A stretch of DNA of 64,000 nucleotides. It comes from an uncultured Clostridia bacterium (GTDB lineage Bacteria; Bacillota; Clostridia; Christensenellales; CAG-314). Each line of letters opens with the position of its first letter. The first letter of the stretch is position 1. A program made the translations under genes and the position numbers. The notes below the pieces were generated by a model. The model ran no database searches, was not told the origin of the DNA, and was given only the letters and a program-made list of their open reading frames with translations. The DNA is taken from assembly GCA_947628135.1 (NCBI GenBank), contig CANQYT010000006.1, positions 8,989 through 72,988 on the forward strand, given 5' to 3'. Shown here piece by piece: positions 19,650 through 27,838 of this stretch.

Positions 19650-21620
19650 ATGACCTACGATCTTACCCCCACACAAAAACTGAAACTGCTTATGGGCAAG
19701 GACTGCTGGCACACGGAGGACTTTGACGGGCTGCTGTACGGTGCAACCGTCTCGGACGGTCCTCTCGGATTGCGCACCCCCGCCCTCGTTGACGGACAAT
19801 ACGTCGATCAGCCGTCGGTGGCATACCCGTCCATACAGATACTGAGCCAAAGTTGGGACAGCGGCTTGGCGTACCGCTTGGGCTGCGCGTTGGCGGACGA
19901 CGCCATAGAAAAGGACGTTGACGTACTGCTTGCGCCGGGACTGAACATCAAGCGCGACCCTCATTGCGGCAGAAACTTCGAGTATATGTCGGAAGACCCG
20001 CTGCTGACGGGCATTTTGGGCAGGGAATACGTGAAAGGTCTGCAAAACAACGGCGTAGGCGCAACGCTCAAACACTACTGTTGCAACAACTCCGAAAACA
20101 GCCGTATGTGGCTCAGCGCGGAGGTGGACGAAAGAACGCTGCGCGAAATATATCTGAAAGCCTTTGAAATTGCCTGCGAGGCAAAGCCTTGGGCAGTGAT
20201 GTGTTCCTACAACGTCGTCAACGGCGTGCGTATGGCGCAGCACAAAAAATTGTTTACGCTGCTGCGCAAAAAATTGCACTTCGGCGACGGGCTGATAATG
20301 TCCGATTGGGGCGCTGTTACCGACGCGGCGGCGTCCGTCAACGCAGGGCTTGATTTGATAATGCCCTACTCGGATAAATGCGAGGCGCAGTTGAAAGACG
20401 CACACATATCGGGGGAAATTTCACAAAAACAAGTAGAAGAAAACGCGGAAAGGGTAATCAAATTTATACAAAAATGCGCGCAAGCAAAGAAAACGCGAAA
20501 GGTACATTCCACCAAAGAAGAACGGCGCGAATTGGCGCGGCAAATAGAGGCGGAGGGCGTTGTTCTGCTCAAAAACAACGGGGTTTTGCCCATACGTGCG
20601 GACGCGAACGTGAGCCTTGGCGGCAATTTCGTCAACAACTACATCAACGGCGGAGGGTCATCTTCCGTGACGCCGAGCCAAACGCCCGTAACGCTGCTGC
20701 AAGCGCTTAAAGAGGCGCTACCCGACGGCACGATAACCTACCGCGATCTGTGGGAGTACGGCGTGTCCGAAGCGCCTCTGCTGCAAACGGAATGCGCCTA
20801 CGGCAAGGACGTTGCGCTGGTTTGCGCGGGACTGCACGACTGCGAGGGCTTTGACAGAGCCAACGCACGACTGCCCCGCTCGCAGGAGGAGATAATAAAG
20901 GAAACCGCACGCAAAAATCCCAACACCGTTGTGATACTGTACTGCGGAGCGACTGTGGATATGAGCGAATGGATAGACGACGTCGCCGCCGTGCTGTGGG
21001 CAGGCTACGTCGGCGAGGTGGGCAATCTTGCCGTGGCGGACGTGCTTACGGGCAAGGTGAACCCAAGCGGCAAACTGACGGAGACCTTCCCCTTGGGAGA
21101 AAACGACTATCCCGCACATCGTTGTTTCAAAAACAACACCGTAAGCCTGTATAACGACGGTTTGCTGGTGGGCTACCGCTACCACGTCACGGCGGAAAGG
21201 CTGGGTGTGGCAAACGCGCTGCCCAAGCCGCGCTTCCCATTCGGATACGGTTTGAGTTACTCTCACTTTGAGTACTCCGACGTCAAGGCGGTTACAACAC
21301 GGTCGGGCGTAAACGTAAACTATCGGATAACCAATACGTCGGATAGAGAGGGCACGGAGATATCTCAGGTGTACGTGCGCGAGGTGAACCCCCGCGTGTT
21401 CCGTCCTTTTATGGAATTGAAAGCCTTTGAGCGCACCGCCGTAAAGGCGCACGGCAGCACAGAGGTAAAAATATCGCTGCCCGCAAGCGCATTTGCCTAC
21501 TTCTCCGCGGCGGAGGATCGCTGGCTTGTCGAGGGCGGCGACTACGAAATATATATCGGTGGCAGCAGCGCAGATACACCGCTTTGCGCCAAAGTGAACG
21601 TCAAAAGACAACTTTTGTAG
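19650..21620 (+). CDS. GH3 beta-glucosidase with C-terminal Fn3-like domain
   Basis: SDGPLGLR, GRNFEYMSEDP, KHY, MSDWG nucleophile motif, VNPSGKL, FPFGYGLSYSHFEY; start MTYDL at 19650. Confidence 0.93.
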   Translation: MTYDLTPTQKLKLLMGKDCWHTEDFDGLLYGATVSDGPLGLRTPALVDGQYVDQPSVAYPSIQILSQSWDSGLAYRLGCALADDAIEKDVDVLLAPGLNIKRDPHCGRNFEYMSEDPLLTGILGREYVKGLQNNGVGATLKHYCCNNSENSRMWLSAEVDERTLREIYLKAFEIACEAKPWAVMCSYNVVNGVRMAQHKKLFTLLRKKLHFGDGLIMSDWGAVTDAAASVNAGLDLIMPYSDKCEAQLKDAHISGEISQKQVEENAERVIKFIQKCAQAKKTRKVHSTKEERRELARQIEAEGVVLLKNNGVLPIRADANVSLGGNFVNNYINGGGSSSVTPSQTPVTLLQALKEALPDGTITYRDLWEYGVSEAPLLQTECAYGKDVALVCAGLHDCEGFDRANARLPRSQEEIIKETARKNPNTVVILYCGATVDMSEWIDDVAAVLWAGYVGEVGNLAVADVLTGKVNPSGKLTETFPLGENDYPAHRCFKNNTVSLYNDGLLVGYRYHVTAERLGVANALPKPRFPFGYGLSYSHFEYSDVKAVTTRSGVNVNYRITNTSDREGTEISQVYVREVNPRVFRPFMELKAFERTAVKAHGSTEVKISLPASAFAYFSAAEDRWLVEGGDYEIYIGGSSADTPLCAKVNVKRQLL

Positions 21621-21890
21621 GAGATAACAAGCCTTTACCCCAAACCAAAAGTCTTTCGGTATCTGTTTTTTCCGCTTTGGGCAAAAACAGCAACGCAAAT
21701 CAAATACGTACCGCGGCATATTGTGCGTTGTGATACAATGTTTGCGATATGCGTATGCGGCGCATTTGTCGCACAAGTCTATGTTCGCCCGATTTGTTCG
21801 GTTGAAACAACTATTTAACAAATCGACGTTTGCAACACGTTGCGTTGAACGGACAGGGACATTGCGAAATAATATCGGCGGTGAGGAAAA

Positions 21891-22514
21891 ATGAAAAACA
21901 TTCTTTTTGTGGGAAACAGTTACACTTATTTCAACGATATGCCTACGCAACTGTTTGCGCCAATGATACGTCGGCACGGCGATTGGCAAGTAACCGCGGT
22001 AACTTGCGGCGGATATCATCTTGACCAATTTGCCGATTCGACCGATCCCGAAAGCGCGCGCCTGCGCCAAACGATAGCCCGCCGCCGCTTTGACGTCGCC
22101 GTGTTGCAAGATTTCAGTTTGGCTGCCCTCGTGGACGTGCAACGAATGGACCAAGGGCTGGACAATATAGTGCGCCTGTTGCGCGACAATGTGGAAAAAT
22201 TTATACTTTTTGCCACTTGGGGCAGAAAAACAGGCTGTCCGACATTGGACGAACTTGGCGTTGACAGCCAAGAAATGACGGATATTATTGCCGCCAAATA
22301 TGCGGCATTGGGCAAAAAATACAACTTCGCCGTGGCGCACGTGGGCAAGGCGTTTGTCGAATACGCGCGGCAACACCCCGAAGCGGAACTGTACTGCGAC
22401 GACCTGCACCACCCATCTCCGCTTGGCAGCGAGTTGGCGGCGCGCACTATTTGCAACGTCGTTTTGCAACTGTACCCCGACGCCCCGCCACGAAAAGACA
22501 CACAGCAACCCTAA
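21891..22514 (+). CDS. SGNH/GDSL-type hydrolase (DUF4886-like)
   Basis: Block I ILFVGNSYT, block V DDLHHPS. Confidence 0.75.
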   Translation: MKNILFVGNSYTYFNDMPTQLFAPMIRRHGDWQVTAVTCGGYHLDQFADSTDPESARLRQTIARRRFDVAVLQDFSLAALVDVQRMDQGLDNIVRLLRDNVEKFILFATWGRKTGCPTLDELGVDSQEMTDIIAAKYAALGKKYNFAVAHVGKAFVEYARQHPEAELYCDDLHHPSPLGSELAARTICNVVLQLYPDAPPRKDTQQP

Positions 22515-22516
22515 CA

Positions 22517-22861
22517 GCGGCAAGCAAAAAAGAGCAAAGAAAAACGGACACACCTTGCGTGAGTCCGTTTCTTTGCGCTTGCACCTGTGCCTTCGACGTA
22601 CGTCGAAACAACTAAGCGTAGCCGCGCATTGGCGGAGAGAACAGGATTTGTCCCGAGCAGAGCGAGGGTGAGCGGAACGAAGTGGAGCGCTACGTTTTTT
22701 CATTCACCCTGTTCTCGGAGTTATTGCGCGGCAAGCAAAAAAGAGCAAAGAAAAACGGACGCACCTTGCGTGAGTCCGTTTCTTTGCGCTTGCACCTGTG
22801 CCTTCGACGTACGTCGAAACTAAAAGCGCAGTTGCCGCCGTGGCGGAGAGAACAGGATTTG
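22517..22861. repeat. Tandem direct repeat (134-bp unit, 211-bp period) including the tRNA-Ser 3' end
   Basis: 22517-22609 matches 22728-22820 at 92/93 positions; 22630-22650 is identical to 22841-22861 (tRNA 3' 21 nt including CCA). Confidence 0.95.
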
Positions 22862-22929
22862 AACCTGCGGAGGCTGTTAACCTCGCACGCTTTCCAAGCG
22901 TGTGCCTTAAACCGCTCGACCATCTCTCC
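22841..22929 (-). tRNA. tRNA-Ser (anticodon GGA)
   Basis: GGAGAGA..TCTCTCC-G-CCA acceptor stem, anticodon arm CACGC-TTGGAAA-GCGTG, long variable arm, GGTTCAAATCC T arm; upstream TTGACT-17-TATTCT promoter. Confidence 0.97.
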
Positions 22930-23056
22930 AAACGTGCGTTGCCGCAATCAACATCGCCACATAAGAATACCAAAAATTTGCGTTTTAGTCAATTGTTATT
23001 GCATAAGTTGCAAAAATTTGCCCTCTTTTTGCTTGCACCGCCCGCCAAACCACATC

Positions 23057-23084
23057 AAAAGGACGCGCCGAGGCGCGTCCTTTT
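23057..23084. terminator. Intrinsic terminator after the giant lipoprotein gene (bidirectional form)
   Basis: AAAAGGACGCGCC..GGCGCGTCCTTTT. Confidence 0.85.
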
Positions 23085-23142
23085 GTTCAATATACTGCAC
23101 TATTCAGCCGCAGTTAGGCTACGATTTCCGTCATTGTGACGC

Positions 23143-26100
23143 TTAATCAACGAACTCTCCGTTTTCATAAGGAGTATCCGTGTCAAAATTGCATAATGCA
23201 ATAGTACCATCGTCAAAAACGACTAATCCCATTTGTAGCGATCCCGCATCGCTGGGAAGCGTAAACGTATAGTATTCGGTGGCTGTTCCGTCGCCGGAAT
23301 AGTAGCCCGCGCCGTGTGCCGTTAATCTTACCGTACCTTCAAACGCGCTGCCGTTGTATGTTCCGACTATCTTTGCTTCCGTTGCCGTTGTTGAAATATC
23401 AATTGTAATTTCTGTAATTACAACCGTCTTCTTTGAGACGAGACCCGTTTGAAACGACAAATTTCCGGTAAATACGTTGTCTTTGCCTCCTTCGTCGCCT
23501 CCGCCGGAAGTTTGTTTGGTGAACACTGCGGTATAGTCGCTGCCGTAATTGAAAGTGATTTCAAGTTGACCTTCCGTAGCCACCACTGTCAATTTGTAGA
23601 GTGGCATTTTCCACGTGCCTGTGGCTTCGTTGCCGTTCCAAGTCAAATCGACGTCAATAGGATAACTGCTGACAAGATGAAGTTTGTTGCCCGTAAGTTC
23701 CGCCTCGGTGAAGTTATATTCTCCGTAACCGCCAAACTTGTCGTCTAAGTCCGTTGTGCCGGCAGCGTTGGTATACTTGCCGTCGGCGTCTTCGGGCTTT
23801 TCGGGTTTTTCGTCGGGTTCAGAGGGCTGGATAGTAGACGTGCGGGTAAACTCGGAAGTTGCCCCGTCAATAGCCATTGTAGCCTTGTTGTCTTCCGTGA
23901 ACGTTATTACCAACGTGAATACAACTGTCTGGTTCGGTCCTAATTGACGAATTCTTTGCGCAGTAACAACAAGATATTTGCCGTCCTTTATTTCCGTGAC
24001 ATTGGCAAGAGCAGTAGGTTCGTCGGGATAATCTTTTGTTCCGAAAGAAATTCCGTCACTGTTTATCGTGATTTTAACAATTTCATTGTCGCTCAACGAT
24101 TCGCCTTCCCAAATGCCGAGATAGTCGTTTAACGTCTTGGTCGTGGGCGTGTAACTCTCCCATTGTGCGGTGAGGGTGACCCCCTCGGCGGGCATATCGA
24201 ACTGCTCGCCGGGTTGATAAACGTGACCCTTGCCGTCGGACCAACCTGTAAACATATAGTGAGCGTCGCCTTCGGTCACGTTGCCGAGACCGAATTCCAC
24301 AGTTACCTGTGCGCCCTGTTCGTACTGTTGGGTCTGCGGAAGTTCAACGCCCGCCGTGTGGTCGCCCGCGGAATAGGTTACGTCGTACTGTTGCGTAGGA
24401 GTGACAACGCTTCCGCCCTTGGTGAAAGTACCGAGAGACGCGTCGTCACTATCGCACAGCACCACCGTGTTGTCGTCAATCACAGCAATATAGAATGCGG
24501 TTTGTCCGCCTTCACTTGCCAATTTCATCTCGTAATAGAACTTCGGATCGCCGTCACCCTCGTACTTACTCTTGTTTTGGGAGTTGTCACTGAGTGTTAC
24601 AACAACGCGTTTGCTTGCCTGCGCCGTTGTGGAATAGGTTATATATGCTTTGGTCGTCAGCACAGTGGTATCTATCTCTATTTGAGTGACCGTAAACGTC
24701 GCATTTCCGAAACCCTTGTTCGTGTATGTAGCCGTACCGGTGAATATCGGCAATTCTTCGGGAGGAAGTTCCTCGCTGCCTTCGAGAGTCAGCGCACCAA
24801 TATCTCCTGATGTTGAAGTCGCAATAGCCAACTTCGTTCCGTCGCCGGTAAGACCTACACTGTAAGATGTGCCAGGATATGACACACTACTGTTTCTGGT
24901 GTACGGGGGATTCGCCAACGGAAACATTTTCCAAAATTTAATTACCGTTTGCGATCCGGGCCACGAACCGGTTGTCACCTGTTTCATAAACGTTTTGTTC
25001 GTCTCGTCGTTTTTAAGTTCGTCTACGTGTTCCGTGCCATCGACTGTGTAGGTCAGTTTGGCGTAGTTGTCATCGCCCTCAATCATTTCGATTGATTTGA
25101 AAACAACAGTCATATTGCCGTACGTAGTTTGCACTTCTCCAACGTATTTGAGCGTTTTTTCCTCAACGGGAGGGGTAGTATCTTTGCTGTACTCACGCGA
25201 GACAGTGTTTCCACCGTTGTAACGTGACGAACCTGTCAGTTTGTCTTTCGCTTGATTGAGAGACAAAATGAAAATGGTTTTTTGTGAAGAGCAAATTACC
25301 ACCGCATACTTGTCAATGCAGAGCAACGTAGCAGCATTATCCGCGCCATTAAGCGTGTAAGTAGCCTTGCCCGCACTTGTGAATGTCAATTTAGATGTAC
25401 CGGTGGACGCGTTCCAAGAACCGGCAAGGTCAGCAACCGATATATTCTCCAACGGGGTCTTTTCGGTATACGTTGTACCTTTGCACGTAATACTTGTTGC
25501 GGAATCGATTGTGATAAGGAAGTCTTCGCCGTAGGTATCGGAGTCACCGAGTTGATTGTTTCCTTGTATCAAACTGTAATACATATTGCCGTCGACAATT
25601 GCCGAGCCGACAATATCTTCATACGAGTCTTCGCCCGCTTGCGACAAAATTATAGATTTTTCGCCGTTTGTCCACACGCCGCACAATTCGGCAAAATCAA
25701 CCGAAGGCGCGGGCGCTTCTGTCCAAATGGCGTAGAGAGTGAGACTGTACGAACCCTCGGACTCCTGCACGTACTGTTTGTATTGATCGAAAGACCAAGG
25801 AGTGCTGCTATCGGTTGAAAGAGCAGGACCTTGCGCAGTGTAAGCCCAGCCGACAAATTGCTTGCCCGCATTGCTGAACGTGCATTGCAAACCGTTGATT
25901 TGACTGTAAATACCGGTGGCGTATTTGAACGTCTTTGCAGCCATTTCGCCCGTGCCGCCGTTGGGGTCGAATTTGAGCGTGACATCGACAGCCGTCCAGG
26001 TTGCCAATATTTGAATATCCTCCGCGGGCATTTGGTATGTTTGCTGAGGTTGATAAACCGTTTCGGTGATGTTTACCCAAGAGCCGCCCTCTTCTTCGTA

Positions 26101-27759
26101 GCGACTGTCCTCAACCCAATGCTGCACTTTCCAACCGGCAAAGGTGTAACCCGTGCGCGTCCAGGTGCAAGCGGGGAAGGTGATTTCAACACCGACTGCG
26201 TACTCGCCGCCTTGCGGCGCTTGACCGGAGACTTCCGCGTTGTAACCTTCGTAGTAACTTACGTTGTACTTGGTCGGTTCGGTTTGCGCTTCGTCCCAGA
26301 CTGCGGTAAGAGTTGCGCTGGAAGTAAACGTTTGGGTCGTGCCGGGTTGGTAAGTGTGACTGCCGTCGCTCCAACCGACAAGTACCAAATCGCCCTTGGA
26401 GTAACCTGCCGCGGCGGGCAACTGAACGGAAATGCCCATAGGAGAGTAACTTTCCTCCCAAACGGGCTGAGGCTGCGTGCCCGTGCCGCCGTCAAGAGCG
26501 AACGTTACGCAAATAGCGAACTTGGCGTTGAGAGTGATGTCCGCCGTGACGGGGGTAGTAAACAGGAACTCCGTGCCCTCGTCATCCGTCCAATAACGGA
26601 AAGTTTTCGTACAGTTGGGGTCGGTCGGGTCGGGGTCGGGTTTGGTTGCGGTTGAGCCGCTGTCGATGGTTTGAGTGGTGAACACATCCCCGCCCACTTT
26701 GAAAGTGACCGTTACTTGCTGTTGGGTGTGCTGCGCGGTGACTGTCATTGTGCAATTTTGCGCGGGCATTGTCCAACTTGCCGCGTCCACAGTCTCGTCG
26801 CTGACGGTGTAGGTGTACGCGTTTGCGTCAGCCCCCTCCTGATAGACTATCATATTGATAGGATTGCTACCGACGTTGCACCACACGTCGCCGCTGACAC
26901 TGCCTTGCAACGTGAGTACGCACATATCCGCATCCACGGACAGCGTGATCTCGTCGCCGTTTAAGTCGGCAACGAAACTGCCGCTGACGTTTTTGCCGTC
27001 AATGGTAAGTTCTATATTTACATCGCCGTATGCAAAAGTGATTTTGTTGTCCGCTATGGTGTAAGCGTGCGGTTCGACCATTTCAAAGTCGCCGAGCACT
27101 TTCGCGGTTGCAGACGAACCGAAATCAGTGAACATAAGCCCGAGTACGTGCGAACCATCGGCGTCAGCCATTTCGATGTAACCGTTGAAATAACCTGTAA
27201 CAAAAGGTTCGGTGGGTTGAGGCGTGCCGTTTGCCGTCCACTGTGCGGTAAAGGTTACGTCGCCCGCAAGCGTGTACTTGCTGCCTGCGCCGTAGGTGTC
27301 AGTTCCGTCACTCCAACCCGCAAAAGTGTGGTCGGCGTAACTGAACGTGTTGTCGGGGAGAGTTATCTCGCCGCCGACTGTGCCCGTGATAGCAGCAGGC
27401 GCATCGCCCGTTGCGCCACTGCCGCCCGTGAAAGTCGCAGTAGCCTGCTGTGCGTTAGTCGTCCACTGTGCGGTAAACGTTACGTCGCCTGCAAGCGTGT
27501 ACTTGCTGCCTGCGTCGTAGGTGCGAGTTCCGTCACTCCAACCCGCAAAAGTGCGGTCGGTGTAACTGAACGTGTTGTCGGGGAGAGTTATCTCATCGCC
27601 GACTTTGCCTGTGATAGCAGCAGGCGGTTCGCCCGTTGCTCCACTGCCTCCCGTAAAGGTTGCCGTTGCCTGCTGTTCGCAAGCGGCAAGCGCGAAAGCC
27701 GCCGTCAATGCAAAAGCCAAAACCAAACAAAGCAACCAACGTGACGTTTTGTTTGTCAT
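23143..27759 (-). CDS. Giant surface lipoprotein (about 1540 aa) with InlB B-type (Listeria-Bacteroides) repeats and unnamed beta-rich domains
   Basis: Lipobox LAAC; repeated FAGWSDG...TFTAQW units; start at ATG 27759 (GGAGG SD), alternative 27774. Confidence 0.85.
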   Translation of the reverse strand: MTNKTSRWLLCLVLAFALTAAFALAACEQQATATFTGGSGATGEPPAAITGKVGDEITLPDNTFSYTDRTFAGWSDGTRTYDAGSKYTLAGDVTFTAQWTTNAQQATATFTGGSGATGDAPAAITGTVGGEITLPDNTFSYADHTFAGWSDGTDTYGAGSKYTLAGDVTFTAQWTANGTPQPTEPFVTGYFNGYIEMADADGSHVLGLMFTDFGSSATAKVLGDFEMVEPHAYTIADNKITFAYGDVNIELTIDGKNVSGSFVADLNGDEITLSVDADMCVLTLQGSVSGDVWCNVGSNPINMIVYQEGADANAYTYTVSDETVDAASWTMPAQNCTMTVTAQHTQQQVTVTFKVGGDVFTTQTIDSGSTATKPDPDPTDPNCTKTFRYWTDDEGTEFLFTTPVTADITLNAKFAICVTFALDGGTGTQPQPVWEESYSPMGISVQLPAAAGYSKGDLVLVGWSDGSHTYQPGTTQTFTSSATLTAVWDEAQTEPTKYNVSYYEGYNAEVSGQAPQGGEYAVGVEITFPACTWTRTGYTFAGWKVQHWVEDSRYEEEGGSWVNITETVYQPQQTYQMPAEDIQILATWTAVDVTLKFDPNGGTGEMAAKTFKYATGIYSQINGLQCTFSNAGKQFVGWAYTAQGPALSTDSSTPWSFDQYKQYVQESEGSYSLTLYAIWTEAPAPSVDFAELCGVWTNGEKSIILSQAGEDSYEDIVGSAIVDGNMYYSLIQGNNQLGDSDTYGEDFLITIDSATSITCKGTTYTEKTPLENISVADLAGSWNASTGTSKLTFTSAGKATYTLNGADNAATLLCIDKYAVVICSSQKTIFILSLNQAKDKLTGSSRYNGGNTVSREYSKDTTPPVEEKTLKYVGEVQTTYGNMTVVFKSIEMIEGDDNYAKLTYTVDGTEHVDELKNDETNKTFMKQVTTGSWPGSQTVIKFWKMFPLANPPYTRNSSVSYPGTSYSVGLTGDGTKLAIATSTSGDIGALTLEGSEELPPEELPIFTGTATYTNKGFGNATFTVTQIEIDTTVLTTKAYITYSTTAQASKRVVVTLSDNSQNKSKYEGDGDPKFYYEMKLASEGGQTAFYIAVIDDNTVVLCDSDDASLGTFTKGGSVVTPTQQYDVTYSAGDHTAGVELPQTQQYEQGAQVTVEFGLGNVTEGDAHYMFTGWSDGKGHVYQPGEQFDMPAEGVTLTAQWESYTPTTKTLNDYLGIWEGESLSDNEIVKITINSDGISFGTKDYPDEPTALANVTEIKDGKYLVVTAQRIRQLGPNQTVVFTLVITFTEDNKATMAIDGATSEFTRTSTIQPSEPDEKPEKPEDADGKYTNAAGTTDLDDKFGGYGEYNFTEAELTGNKLHLVSSYPIDVDLTWNGNEATGTWKMPLYKLTVVATEGQLEITFNYGSDYTAVFTKQTSGGGDEGGKDNVFTGNLSFQTGLVSKKTVVITEITIDISTTATEAKIVGTYNGSAFEGTVRLTAHGAGYYSGDGTATEYYTFTLPSDAGSLQMGLVVFDDGTIALCNFDTDTPYENGEFVD
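27236..27675. repeat. Intragenic tandem duplication, 225-bp period (75 aa B-repeat)
   Basis: 27236-27450 and 27461-27675 are nearly identical at the DNA level. Confidence 0.9.
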
Positions 27760-27838
27760 TGTTTTTTCCTCCATAATATTTTTTTATCCGAAAAGCATTT
27801 CGCCGAAACGCCGCAAAACGTTTCGGCAAAAGCGCGTT

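Noticed and set aside
21621-21890. Possible regulatory RNA between GH3 and SGNH
   Set aside because: No convincing stem pattern or known motif seen.
22630-22650. tRNA 3' duplication as the att end of a large integrated element
   Set aside because: It lies only about 190 bp from the tRNA, and no integrase or phage genes are in the window, so no intact mobile element can be called.
20718-22703. 661-aa minus-strand ORF
   Set aside because: Antisense to the GH3 and SGNH genes and starts inside the tRNA-linked repeat; no protein-like motifs.
22587-23146. Several short ORFs with duplicated peptide sequence
   Set aside because: Artefacts of the DNA repeat and the tRNA gene.
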